Shown here piece after piece: positions 28,213-37,211 of a stretch of DNA of 64,000 nucleotides (position 1 is its first letter; every line of letters begins with the position of its first letter). The position numbers and the translations under genes were made by a program. Source of the DNA: a virus. Lineage: Duplodnaviria > Caudoviricetes. Where the stretch lies: IMG/VR virus record IMGVR_UViG_3300017700_000721, positions 32,001 through 96,000 of that record. One strand, 5' to 3'. The notes below the pieces were generated by a model that was not told the origin of the DNA, searched no databases, and saw only the letters and a program-made list of their open reading frames with translations.

Positions 28213-29648
28213 AGCGTCACCTGGTCCGCTCCACCGCTCGTCGGGGCGTATCCAGTCTGAGGGTTCATTCCTCCAGACATATCAATGATACGACGACTGT
28301 CCGGCTCAATAAAGAGACTCACGGGTTTCGAGGGCACCTGACCCCAACGGGATTTCATGATTCCGGCCTTTGGCTCACTGGTCGCCATCTCCTCGGTATC
28401 ATAGAAGATGTAGGTGATGACATCGGCTTCCTTCTCGGCTGCGTTATAATCCGCCAGGGCCGTCTTGTCCATTACCCCTTCGTTAGCCTGGGCGGCTTTA
28501 TAGCCTGTCCGGTTGATCTGAAATGGAGAGCAGACAGGCAGCCCGATGCCCTTGTTGAAGCCCATCGCAAACCGCTTCGCGTCGGCCAAGGTCTCGTTGC
28601 GTGCTGCACGCACGTCCATCCGTAGGTATTTAGCGTCGATCGGGAGGCGGGTGATGTAATCACACCAAAGAACGTCGACCTCTTCCTCTGAATGCTCTCT
28701 GACCGTCCGCTGCATCACTGAACCCCACGTGGAGAACTCGGATGAGTCAATCACCCGAATGTTCCCGTGCTGGGTGTTGTTCAGCAGGTCGTCTTTCACC
28801 GTCTGGTAAAAATCTTCCTCCTCAGGACGAAGGGCCCCCAAGAGGAGTCGGAAGGAGTTGATTGGCCGACCCACCGACTGGAACTTGGGGTCCGCACTGT
28901 GCATCGCTATCAGCTTTTGCTGCACGTCCTCGGCCGGCTCCTCAGAGGTGAAGAGCAAGGGGTTCCAACCCGAAACCACTGCGTTGAGCATATGGTTGTG
29001 CATTAGCGTTGACTTGAGATGACCACCAAAGCCAGCAACCAGATAAAACTGTTTCTTTCTGATGCCTGCGGTTGACTGGTCGAAAATACCGTATCCGGTC
29101 ATCACGCCGTAGGTGTGGAGCGGGTTGGTCTTCCTCTGCTGGTACAGCTCGTCCAACTTCACAGAGTTCTGACGCATTGAGGCCTTCAGTCGTCCGCTGT
29201 CCTCTTTCGGCGTTCCTTGAAGAGCGGAGAAGGCGTGGGCAACAGCAGCGTCGGTTCCCTTGATCAGGGTCCCGTTCATTGTCACGCCAACCGTCGCTAT
29301 CTTGATCCCCTCCTTCAAAACGCTTACGGCGCTCTGGCTCGCCTGCTCTTCCACAATCCCTTCGAACAGGACCTTGAAGCTGGCGCTCTCGTAGAATTGC
29401 TCGGCTTGAGCCTCCGTCAGAAACGAGACTTCCTCGCTCCTTGAGAGGTTGTCGAAATGGTCGAAGACCAGCTTGAAGCTCGGAGCTTCACCCGAGGCTG
29501 TAAAGAAATCCACGATATGCTCAAGGACTTCCTTCTCAGTCTTGGTGAGGTTGAGGAGTCGCTCGATCTTGGAGAAGCCGAGATTTATCTTCGCCTCAAG
29601 CTTCTCTCGCGGGTCCATGTAGGTTAGCGAGCGGATTACTCTACGCAT
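28209..29648 (-). CDS. DnaB-like (SF4) replicative helicase
   Basis: GVMTGY..FD.., variant Walker A GFGGHLKST, FTSE, WCDY, FQINR, EKEAD, KSRWG. Confidence 0.85.
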   Translation of the reverse strand: MRRVIRSLTYMDPREKLEAKINLGFSKIERLLNLTKTEKEVLEHIVDFFTASGEAPSFKLVFDHFDNLSRSEEVSFLTEAQAEQFYESASFKVLFEGIVEEQASQSAVSVLKEGIKIATVGVTMNGTLIKGTDAAVAHAFSALQGTPKEDSGRLKASMRQNSVKLDELYQQRKTNPLHTYGVMTGYGIFDQSTAGIRKKQFYLVAGFGGHLKSTLMHNHMLNAVVSGWNPLLFTSEEPAEDVQQKLIAMHSADPKFQSVGRPINSFRLLLGALRPEEEDFYQTVKDDLLNNTQHGNIRVIDSSEFSTWGSVMQRTVREHSEEEVDVLWCDYITRLPIDAKYLRMDVRAARNETLADAKRFAMGFNKGIGLPVCSPFQINRTGYKAAQANEGVMDKTALADYNAAEKEADVITYIFYDTEEMATSEPKAGIMKSRWGQVPSKPVSLFIEPDSRRIIDMSGGMNPQTGYAPTSGGADQVTL

Positions 29649-30205
29649 TACCTGGATCCCGCCTTCTCAAAGCCAGCTAAGACAGTCTGCAGCTCGGTGT
29701 TATACTTGGTGGAGACCATCGCAAGGTCTACGCCCATCAACACCCAGGTCGGCTTGTCGTCTAGAGCCCTACGCGACAGAGCCTGGATCAGCAACTCAGG
29801 AAGGTAACGGTTCCTAGGATCTCCGAACCCTAAGAGGATAATCAAAAGGTCCGTTTCGATGGCTGGCCGAGACGAGGCGAACTCTTCGTCCTTCTCCAAG
29901 AAGATCTCAATCAGCCTGTAGGCGTCCATCACCACGAAGCTCTCGTTCCGCTCGATCATTGAGAGGAGTGCGCCAGCTATGTGAGGGCGTAGTGTGTCTA
30001 GTGGACCCTCAAGCCTCAGGTTTGTGCTTGTCTTGCCTCGCAGGGGGCTGTCCTTCTTCGGGTTCTTGCAGAACATCTTCCCGAGCTTGAGCCGGTGAAT
30101 ATCCAAGATCAGGCAGGGGCATCGGACCCACTTACCGTTTTCTTGGTAGTGACCTGTCGCTCCGCAGCGATCGCGGTGGTCACACTGTTCCCGTAGCTTG
30201 CTCAT
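29648..30205 (-). CDS. DnaC/DnaI-like helicase loader, degenerate ATPase
   Basis: N-terminal C...C...CPC zinc motif, DLLII, RR...KPTW; Walker A/B residues missing; adjacent to the helicase. Confidence 0.55.
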   Translation of the reverse strand: MSKLREQCDHRDRCGATGHYQENGKWVRCPCLILDIHRLKLGKMFCKNPKKDSPLRGKTSTNLRLEGPLDTLRPHIAGALLSMIERNESFVVMDAYRLIEIFLEKDEEFASSRPAIETDLLIILLGFGDPRNRYLPELLIQALSRRALDDKPTWVLMGVDLAMVSTKYNTELQTVLAGFEKAGSR

Positions 30206-31755
30206 GCCGCCATCCTATAAGAGTCTTTGATGGCCTCGTAGATTTCCTTCAACTCACCGTCGCCGGTCTGGATGGTGTTAGCCTGTGACTCGCCGGTCAC
30301 AGCCTTGAAGAGCTCATACTTCTTCATCAAGATGTTCAAGGTGTGGTGATCCACGGTCTTGTCCGTGCCTATGTTAGCGGCAAGGTCAGGGTGAAGTTGG
30401 GCTAGGAACCTATATACCCCAATGATCTTGAAGGTGCTGCCGGTCCTCTTGAGGCGACCAATAAGCTGACGATAATCATCGTAAGCCCACGGAAGGTCAA
30501 AGAAGATGAAGTGGCCGCCTTTCTGGAGGTTGATTGCCCGCTTTCCTGCGTTGGTCAGAAGGAGGATAGAGTTCTCGGCGGCTTCCTCGTCTGACATGAA
30601 GAAGTCTTTGGCCGCTTCTTTCTCTTCCCAGGACTCCTTCCCAGTTATACGTAGGACTGGGTAGTTGGTCGACTTACGTATTTGCTGCTCCAGCAGGTCA
30701 ACTACGGACCTAAACTTGGAGAAGATCACAATCCGCTGACCGTTCAGACTTCCGTTCACCATCTCGAGAAGGGCTTGAGTCTTCTCCCCTGGTATGTCGA
30801 AACCCTTTAAGCGAGGGTCGTCAACCATTTGCTGGGCCATCGTCAAGCCTGGCAAGAGGCCCAATGCCTTGACCTCTCCGTCAGGCATCTTGATAAGGCG
30901 ATCCATCGCCTCGACCACTTTCCGACTCTGGTCCTTAGACATGGTTATCTCCACGTCCTTGGTTATCACCTCGGGTAGGTCCTGCTTGACCTCGGGGTCG
31001 TCCTGCATTCTCCCGAAGAAAACAGGCTCAATTAGCTTCCGGAACTCGTCAAGGTTCTTGTAGCCCTTGATCACCTTTCGGTTGTTCACGTAAGCTACGA
31101 TGCAGAAGTTGTCCTCAAAGAACTTCCAGGACTCGATGGCACCTGGACATACGATGCGGAGGATACCGAAGGCCTCGGTCAGTCGATTACCCACAATGGT
31201 GGCGGTCAGACCGTAGACTCTAGCTGGACCACCCTCGGTGTTCACCATGTCAAAGGCTATCTGATGGGCAGCAGACTCCGTGTTCTTAAAAAGATCCGGC
31301 TCATCGAAGATGCAGATCCACCTCGTACCCATCCCCTCCTTCAGGTACTTGGAGAAGTTGTAAAGCATTGAGTAGGATGTAAACACCACGTCCGCTTCAG
31401 GGTTCCTCATCACCCGGATGCGTTGCTGCGTGTCCGGGTAAAGCTCGGCGGTGATGATGCGGGTTGTGAAGGAAGGGCAGAGGTTCTGCGACTCCTTCCG
31501 CCACTGCTTCAGAGCCGTCTTCTCAGTGAAGACCAGGAACCTAGTCTTCTGGTTCTGAGCCTTCATGTAGGATGTGGCAAGGAGAGTCTCGAGGGTCTTT
31601 CCTAAGCCTACGTCGTCTCCGAGCACCATTCTCGGTGTGACCAGCATCACAAGGCTGCCCTTGCGTTGGTACTGGTAAGGCATGTCTGTGTTTGCGAACA
31701 CCCCGTTGGACTTCAGGGTCAGGTTCTTGGCGGCCTTGATGCTTGCTAGGTCCAT
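30202..31755 (-). CDS. SNF2-family helicase/translocase
   Basis: GDDVGLGKT, IFDE, LTAT..GN, IFS, AINLQ, QLIGRLKR. Confidence 0.9.
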   Translation of the reverse strand: MDLASIKAAKNLTLKSNGVFANTDMPYQYQRKGSLVMLVTPRMVLGDDVGLGKTLETLLATSYMKAQNQKTRFLVFTEKTALKQWRKESQNLCPSFTTRIITAELYPDTQQRIRVMRNPEADVVFTSYSMLYNFSKYLKEGMGTRWICIFDEPDLFKNTESAAHQIAFDMVNTEGGPARVYGLTATIVGNRLTEAFGILRIVCPGAIESWKFFEDNFCIVAYVNNRKVIKGYKNLDEFRKLIEPVFFGRMQDDPEVKQDLPEVITKDVEITMSKDQSRKVVEAMDRLIKMPDGEVKALGLLPGLTMAQQMVDDPRLKGFDIPGEKTQALLEMVNGSLNGQRIVIFSKFRSVVDLLEQQIRKSTNYPVLRITGKESWEEKEAAKDFFMSDEEAAENSILLLTNAGKRAINLQKGGHFIFFDLPWAYDDYRQLIGRLKRTGSTFKIIGVYRFLAQLHPDLAANIGTDKTVDHHTLNILMKKYELFKAVTGESQANTIQTGDGELKEIYEAIKDSYRMAA

Positions 31756-31823
31756 TTACTCACTCTAAGGCTATGCGTACATACCCTGAATGAGTAGCCG
31801 CTTAAACAGACGCGGATGGGAGG

Positions 31824-32087
31824 TTAGTCTTTTTCGATGGCGTCGATTAGACGCTCCATCTTTGCCTTACACATCACAAAGGCGGTCGCCACGTTGATCC
31901 CGGCCTCGGAGTTATAACTTATGCTCCTCGTAGGATCCGGCACCGTCTCAGGGTCTTCGCACCGACGAAGGAGCTCAGCGCCTGGTTTGACCTTGATTAC
32001 GTTGGGCGGGGGTTCCGGCCTTGGCTCCAGGATTGAGCACGCTGGCAGCGCCAGCGATGCCAGTAAGATAAGCAGGATCTTTGTCAC
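31824..32087 (-). CDS. o-spanin (Rz1-like lipoprotein)
   Basis: Signal peptide with lipobox LPAC, Pro-rich, overlaps the i-spanin. Confidence 0.8.
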   Translation of the reverse strand: MTKILLILLASLALPACSILEPRPEPPPNVIKVKPGAELLRRCEDPETVPDPTRSISYNSEAGINVATAFVMCKAKMERLIDAIEKD

Positions 32088-32403
32088 AGGGACCCCCGTT
32101 TGACTGAACGAGGCGGACTTCTGTCTTCGCCTGTGAAGCTACAATACCAATCTGCTTCACCTCGTCTAGAAGCTTCTTGGTCTCTTCGTCAGAACGAGTC
32201 TTCGCCTGGATCATTACATCAAGGCTCTTCTGGGCCGCCTCAAGCTTGTAATCACTCAGAGCTTTCTCGGCCTTGGCCTGAGCGGTCTCAGCCCAGCCCA
32301 CTCGCAAAGTCTGCAACCCTAGAAGTAGGCCCAGAACCACGCAGAGGGCCCCCAAGCCCGTTGCAAGGGGGTTACGTAGGATCCAGGCTCCGACGACTGC
32401 CAT
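31975..32403 (-). CDS. i-spanin (Rz-like)
   Basis: Single N-terminal TM helix, coiled coil, C-terminal Cys; follows the endolysin. Confidence 0.75.
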   Translation of the reverse strand: MAVVGAWILRNPLATGLGALCVVLGLLLGLQTLRVGWAETAQAKAEKALSDYKLEAAQKSLDVMIQAKTRSDEETKKLLDEVKQIGIVASQAKTEVRLVQSNGGPCDKDPAYLTGIAGAASVLNPGAKAGTPAQRNQGQTRR

Positions 32404-32859
32404 CTAGAAGAGCACGCCCATGTGCGTTCCGTTGTTGTCGATCGTCAGGATCTCACGCTTGGGGTTCGGAGCCCAAGAAACATGTACCCAGCCACCGTAT
32501 TCATGGATGAGCTGGTTGAAGGGCAAGTTTGATCCCTGGATCAGCTTCGCGATCTCCAAAGGAGTCCCGTAAGACCAGCACTGAATGTCCGCGGCGCGGC
32601 CGAGAACGTGCTCGCTGGTTGCAGAGCCTCTCACTGCCGGGTGCGTGTTCACGGCGAAGGAGCGATAGCCGCTGCTCACGAAGATGGGCTTCCCCAGCAT
32701 CGTTCGAAGTGGCTCCAGGATGTTCTGGCACAAGGCTTTCAGGTTCCCGAGCTCGTTCGGTCCTGGGGTGTTGTCCAGGCCGTATCGAGCCGCGGTCTGA
32801 GAGGCGGTCATCTCCGCCAAAGAGAAGTGCGGAGACAGCTGGATTTCCTGAGCAGGCAT
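32404..32859 (-). CDS. Endolysin, peptidase M15 family
   Basis: LSPHFSLAE, SSGYRS, SEH..GRAAD, WVHVS. Confidence 0.9.
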   Translation of the reverse strand: MPAQEIQLSPHFSLAEMTASQTAARYGLDNTPGPNELGNLKALCQNILEPLRTMLGKPIFVSSGYRSFAVNTHPAVRGSATSEHVLGRAADIQCWSYGTPLEIAKLIQGSNLPFNQLIHEYGGWVHVSWAPNPKREILTIDNNGTHMGVLF

Positions 32860-32871
32860 CTTGGCTTCCTT

Positions 32872-33312
32872 CTAAAGGGTGGCTACGAACCCTGCGAGAA
32901 CAGTGCAGAGCATCATCCCCTTCCAGCACATCACTCCGCGGGTGTAGCCGAACACTCGTACGTAGGCCCACCAAAGAGCTCCCGATGCAAACAGAACTCC
33001 CAAGGGGAGAGCAATCATGTCCTGGAGCTCAAGGCCCGTGATGCGCCAGAGCTCGTGCCACCAAGCGAAGGCGGCTCTTACCATTCGCCAGAGGAAGATG
33101 ACGGAAAGCCCTGAGAGGCTCACCATCAACACCAACACCGGACGGCGGTCTAGGCTCACGTAAAGCTGCCCTTGCGCATCGCGTGCGAACCAGCGTAGGT
33201 ATTCCCAGCGACACTGCCAGACGCGAGCCCAGCAAAGAGCGGCAAGGATCCAAAGCTGGAAGGCAAATGCTACTGAAAGTCCTGCGAGGATGTTGTCCGT
33301 AAGTCCGCTCAA
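32872..33312 (-). CDS. Membrane protein (holin/antiholin candidate)
   Basis: About 4 hydrophobic segments; directly upstream of the endolysin. Confidence 0.55.
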   Translation of the reverse strand: MSGLTDNILAGLSVAFAFQLWILAALCWARVWQCRWEYLRWFARDAQGQLYVSLDRRPVLVLMVSLSGLSVIFLWRMVRAAFAWWHELWRITGLELQDMIALPLGVLFASGALWWAYVRVFGYTRGVMCWKGMMLCTVLAGFVATL

Positions 33313-33315
33313 GGT

Positions 33316-33789
33316 CTACTCTCTTGAAAAGGCCTTGGCCAGCTCGTTCTCGTGCTGCACCCCGGCGGCGATGTTGGCTACACCCTTAGCGCCTAGAATG
33401 TGAAAGGCTACCTTCTCGATAAACGTCCGATCAACCGCCGCTTCCTTCACGGCTGCCTTAACCTGGCTCGTGGAGGGCGAGGTATCGGCTGGTTGGGGTT
33501 TCGCTGGGCAACGAGCCAGCTGGTCGATCATCATGAAAAGGCCTACCAGGATCACGTAATAGGCGTAAGGACCAAGCCCGCTGTTCCAGGGGCTGATAGA
33601 CATGAGCGCGGTCCCTACCCATAGAACGAGGCGAGTGCATCTCCCGTAGATTGTCGATAGGTTCAGGCCGAAGAGCCTGAGCCAAATAGCGAATGCGAAG
33701 AGGGCTTGCCCCCACCACCACCAGGTCCCGCTCATGTTCACGAGAGACCAAAGGACGGCGGTTGATGTGTGCAGATAATCGCTAATCAT
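33316..33789 (-). CDS. Membrane protein (lysis cassette)
   Basis: About 3 TM segments followed by a soluble tail. Confidence 0.55.
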   Translation of the reverse strand: MISDYLHTSTAVLWSLVNMSGTWWWWGQALFAFAIWLRLFGLNLSTIYGRCTRLVLWVGTALMSISPWNSGLGPYAYYVILVGLFMMIDQLARCPAKPQPADTSPSTSQVKAAVKEAAVDRTFIEKVAFHILGAKGVANIAAGVQHENELAKAFSRE

Positions 33790-34157
33790 TATCCCTCTCC
33801 CTTCACAGCGGGGGGAGTTTCAACCCCCGCACGTTTCAGGATCTGAGCTGCGATGTCAGGGTTACGCTTGAACACGCCTTCTGCAACAGCGACGACGGTA
33901 AGGATGATTAGCGAAGAGGTCAAACCTACGACGGCACCGGCAACAGCCCAATGCTCCCACCCCCAACCTAGTAGTTTATACGTTACAGGTATCAGGATTG
34001 CTTCGATGGCCGCCGCTGACACCATGCCGTAGGCTATGGCTCGGGCGCCGGCCTTCTTCACCAAACCACCCAGGGCGGAGAAGACTGTTGAGGCTGCGAG
34101 CCCGAAAGCTACGCCGTCGAGATTAGCCGCGTAGAACGCGAAGGGGCCGTCAGCCAT
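33789..34157 (-). CDS. Putative holin
   Basis: Three TM segments, charged C-terminus, AAAGGAG RBS. Confidence 0.6.
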   Translation of the reverse strand: MADGPFAFYAANLDGVAFGLAASTVFSALGGLVKKAGARAIAYGMVSAAAIEAILIPVTYKLLGWGWEHWAVAGAVVGLTSSLIILTVVAVAEGVFKRNPDIAAQILKRAGVETPPAVKGEG

Positions 34158-34174
34158 TGCGGCGGTCTCCTTTG

Positions 34175-35794
34175 TTAGGCACGTCGGCTGATCTCAAACT
34201 TCGCAACTGAAATCCTCACGTTCCCTGACGGGGGGTTCGCGGTGGATTCACCTGCGACTTGACCACTAGCGTCGGTTCGTACCTGCTGGGTCATGACTGT
34301 CGACCAGTTCACTGAATTGACCACCTGAGCACCTCCTGAAAGCGAGGCGCCGACCATCATGCCCATCGAAACCCAAGCAGGCCCTGTTGCTGATACGGTC
34401 CCGTCAGCCTGGGCCGGATTAGATATATTTATGTTTGTGACAGTACCGACCCCCACTCCCTCCAACCAGACAGCTATCGTCGCCAAAACAGAGGCAGGGG
34501 GTGTCCGCACAAGACTAAACGTCTGACGTGAATTCGTAAAGGCTATGCTTACGTCTTCGAGGGGAGTAGTCCACTCCAACTCAATGTCGCCGTTGCGCTC
34601 GTAGGTCTTGAACGGGACTAGCGTCGCCGAGGCACGATAAACCCATCCCAGAAGTCTCTTGTAGCTATAATTGGCCGGCATGGTCGGAGCTGTACCGCTC
34701 GTCGACAGTAGGATGTCTCCAGCGTTGGTGCTCTGGTCGGTTCTTCCGATTGCCCAGATAGCCCACCATCCGTTCGCGATGGCGCCCGTGTCTCTACCAC
34801 CTTGGTTCGTGCCTGCTGCCCATGCAGCGTCAAGCTGCTTGGTCAAGGCCGGGACCACAATCAGCACCGCGCCAGTGTCGTCTGCTACGGTAACCGCGGC
34901 GACATCGATGTCGTTTACGGCGTCTGTTACGTTGTTGGCGTAGGTTGCTCCCGGTGAGATGTAGCCCTTGATCGGAGCTCGGGCAGTCCAATCGTAGTTT
35001 GTCCTCCAGCGAAGGGCTGCGCCATCCCACATCACCCTGACCAGGACCTTGGGTGGGATGGTTACGTTCGCCCCGGCTGGGAAGTTGTCAATAACCTCGG
35101 ACCCAGCAGGATCCAAGATCACTCCGTTGACGTTGCTCCCGTAGCCCAGGACGAAGAAGGAAAATCCATGCTTCAGACCTGCTGTGTCACCTGCGAGAAG
35201 CGCTACGGTACGGGCACCTGCGGTGCAGTCAAACGTAAAGGTTCGGCCAATGTCCGCCGCGGTCTGCGTATGACCGGCCGCGCCCTTGTCAATCCAATAG
35301 CTGCGAGGGCTAGTTACGTAGATGTCAGCCGCAGCTTCATAGCGGCCCTTCTCAATGTCCGCTACACCGTCATACACGTAGTCGATGACGGATCCAGTCG
35401 TCCAGGACGCGGCGTCCACGTACTTCTGCCAGGTTCCGCCTTGCTCAAGCCACGCGGGGCGGGCGACGGCTGCATTTCCTCCTGCCAGAAACGACAGAAC
35501 GAAGGCAACCGGCACCGACATCAGATAGTACGGTGTGATTGACCAATTGATCAATGTCGAGGTGGACGAGGCCACCAGGGTCCGAGAGATCGTGTCCGAC
35601 GGAATACCCTGTGTGAAGGTCCCGAACCCAATCTCCCAGATCGAGCCGGTCTGGTTTGTCGCCAGATAAGGCACCACCTTGCCGGACGGGAACACAGTCC
35701 GCCAGGTTCGGAACGTACCAAACGCTCCGCCCAAGGTGTAGGCTCCCACACCCAAGGTTGAGCAAGTCTCGCCGATCTTTTCTCCGAACAGCAT
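34175..35794 (-). CDS. Tail fibre / receptor-binding protein
   Basis: Last gene of the tail module; Gly/Thr/Ala-rich modular sequence; ETCSTLGVGAYTLGGA N-terminal anchor; TKQLDAAWAAGTNQGG module. Confidence 0.75.
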   Translation of the reverse strand: MLFGEKIGETCSTLGVGAYTLGGAFGTFRTWRTVFPSGKVVPYLATNQTGSIWEIGFGTFTQGIPSDTISRTLVASSTSTLINWSITPYYLMSVPVAFVLSFLAGGNAAVARPAWLEQGGTWQKYVDAASWTTGSVIDYVYDGVADIEKGRYEAAADIYVTSPRSYWIDKGAAGHTQTAADIGRTFTFDCTAGARTVALLAGDTAGLKHGFSFFVLGYGSNVNGVILDPAGSEVIDNFPAGANVTIPPKVLVRVMWDGAALRWRTNYDWTARAPIKGYISPGATYANNVTDAVNDIDVAAVTVADDTGAVLIVVPALTKQLDAAWAAGTNQGGRDTGAIANGWWAIWAIGRTDQSTNAGDILLSTSGTAPTMPANYSYKRLLGWVYRASATLVPFKTYERNGDIELEWTTPLEDVSIAFTNSRQTFSLVRTPPASVLATIAVWLEGVGVGTVTNINISNPAQADGTVSATGPAWVSMGMMVGASLSGGAQVVNSVNWSTVMTQQVRTDASGQVAGESTANPPSGNVRISVAKFEISRRA

Positions 35795-35802
35795 CGGCTA
35801 CC

Positions 35803-36702
35803 TCAAAGGAATTCACGCAGTTTAATCGCAGCACCATATCTAAAGCCATCTTTGTCAACCGCAAGAGGTGCCGTGTAAGCACCTCCCGCGGTAAAATGAC
35901 CTTGCATGCTCAAACGATGGAAATCACTAGTCGCTCCAGGGTCTATAACGCAGACAACGTCACCATGCATGCCAATCAGGCGCTGGATCTCATAAATCCC
36001 GTCAAAGGCTTCGCGACGATTTAGGGACAACGCCGTCAGTTCAAAGATCCTAGGGGGAGTTTGGTTACGCTGGCTGGTAAAGGTTCGTCCGTAGGGAGTG
36101 TGGATCTGCAAGTCTGTGGGTGCAAAGCTGAGAGGCGTTCCAGCCACGTCAAAGTTTGTAGTTGGCTGCCAACGCCGTCCTAACATCACTCGGCCAAATT
36201 GCAGGAAAGGCGCACCTGCATCAGCAACTTCCACCCTATAGTGAAATCCCAGGTCGTCATTCTCCCAAGCAAGCCAATTTAAATATTGACTCCATCTTTG
36301 GGTTATTGGCTTTCCGCCGTACCACCAGGCAGACTTCCAGCCCGTGTCAAATGTTCGCACAACCCCAAGGTCAGCCTGAGAGGCAGCAGAAGAGCAACGA
36401 AGTAGGCCGCCCGAAGACAAAGACCCGCCTATCAGGGCGAGTGTGTTCACGGCTACAGGATATGGAAATGTAAAGTCCATGTAGGCGTAAGTTGCCAACG
36501 TACGCCACTTATTCGCTGGCTGCTTCTCCTGGAGAGCAGAAATCGGTAATCCTGCTACTTCGGAGCTTGCAGTTAGCGCAGCTAAATCAGAGTCTACCCC
36601 TGTAAGCAGGGTTAGCTTCTTGCTCCCGGTATAGGTATCCCCATAGGTGTACGGCACCGAGGATATCGGCATCGTTCCATAGGTTGGAGGAGCTGTCAGC
36701 AC
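35803..36702 (-). CDS. Tail tip/baseplate protein
   Basis: Position; LQFGRVMLGRRWQP pattern of siphophage tail-tip proteins. Confidence 0.6.
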   Translation of the reverse strand: MLTAPPTYGTMPISSVPYTYGDTYTGSKKLTLLTGVDSDLAALTASSEVAGLPISALQEKQPANKWRTLATYAYMDFTFPYPVAVNTLALIGGSLSSGGLLRCSSAASQADLGVVRTFDTGWKSAWWYGGKPITQRWSQYLNWLAWENDDLGFHYRVEVADAGAPFLQFGRVMLGRRWQPTTNFDVAGTPLSFAPTDLQIHTPYGRTFTSQRNQTPPRIFELTALSLNRREAFDGIYEIQRLIGMHGDVVCVIDPGATSDFHRLSMQGHFTAGGAYTAPLAVDKDGFRYGAAIKLREFL

Positions 36703-36708
36703 CTTAAT

Positions 36709-37152
36709 TTACCCTAGACGATCTTCCGCAGAGAAAATCAGGGTGACGTCGTCCACCGTCGCAAAGGTCGGTGCGGAGCGAGCCACTATAACCGCCCATA
36801 CGTCAGCCTGAGGCAAGAAGAGAGGGATCTTCAAGCCCGACACGAAGAACATTCCTGAACCTGTCCCTCGGAGATTGATGGTCCCCAGGTTGAACACTCC
36901 TAGGGAAGCGTCGTCATCCGCAGGGAGTTGGTTAAAAGCGGCCTTGTCATTTACCGTCGCCGTCAGGTCCCGGTTGTAAAGGAACATGTCGTAGGACTTC
37001 GCCTGATTGGCTCTGTCCAGCATGACCACGCTGGACAGATATCCTCCAACTGTGGGAGACCTGAGCAACCCTGAAATCTTCAGCTTGCCGCCGACTGAAT
37101 CGCCAATAGTGTAAGCAGCAGCTTGAACTTTTAAGGGGAAACTGACCCGCAT
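36709..37152 (-). CDS. Beta-rich putative virion protein
   Basis: 147-aa ORF within the tail module. Confidence 0.5.
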   Translation of the reverse strand: MRVSFPLKVQAAAYTIGDSVGGKLKISGLLRSPTVGGYLSSVVMLDRANQAKSYDMFLYNRDLTATVNDKAAFNQLPADDDASLGVFNLGTINLRGTGSGMFFVSGLKIPLFLPQADVWAVIVARSAPTFATVDDVTLIFSAEDRLG

Positions 37153-37211
37153 GACTCATCCTCTTCTATCTCTGACTAAGAGATTTACTCTTCGTCGGTC
37201 TAATGAGACTC

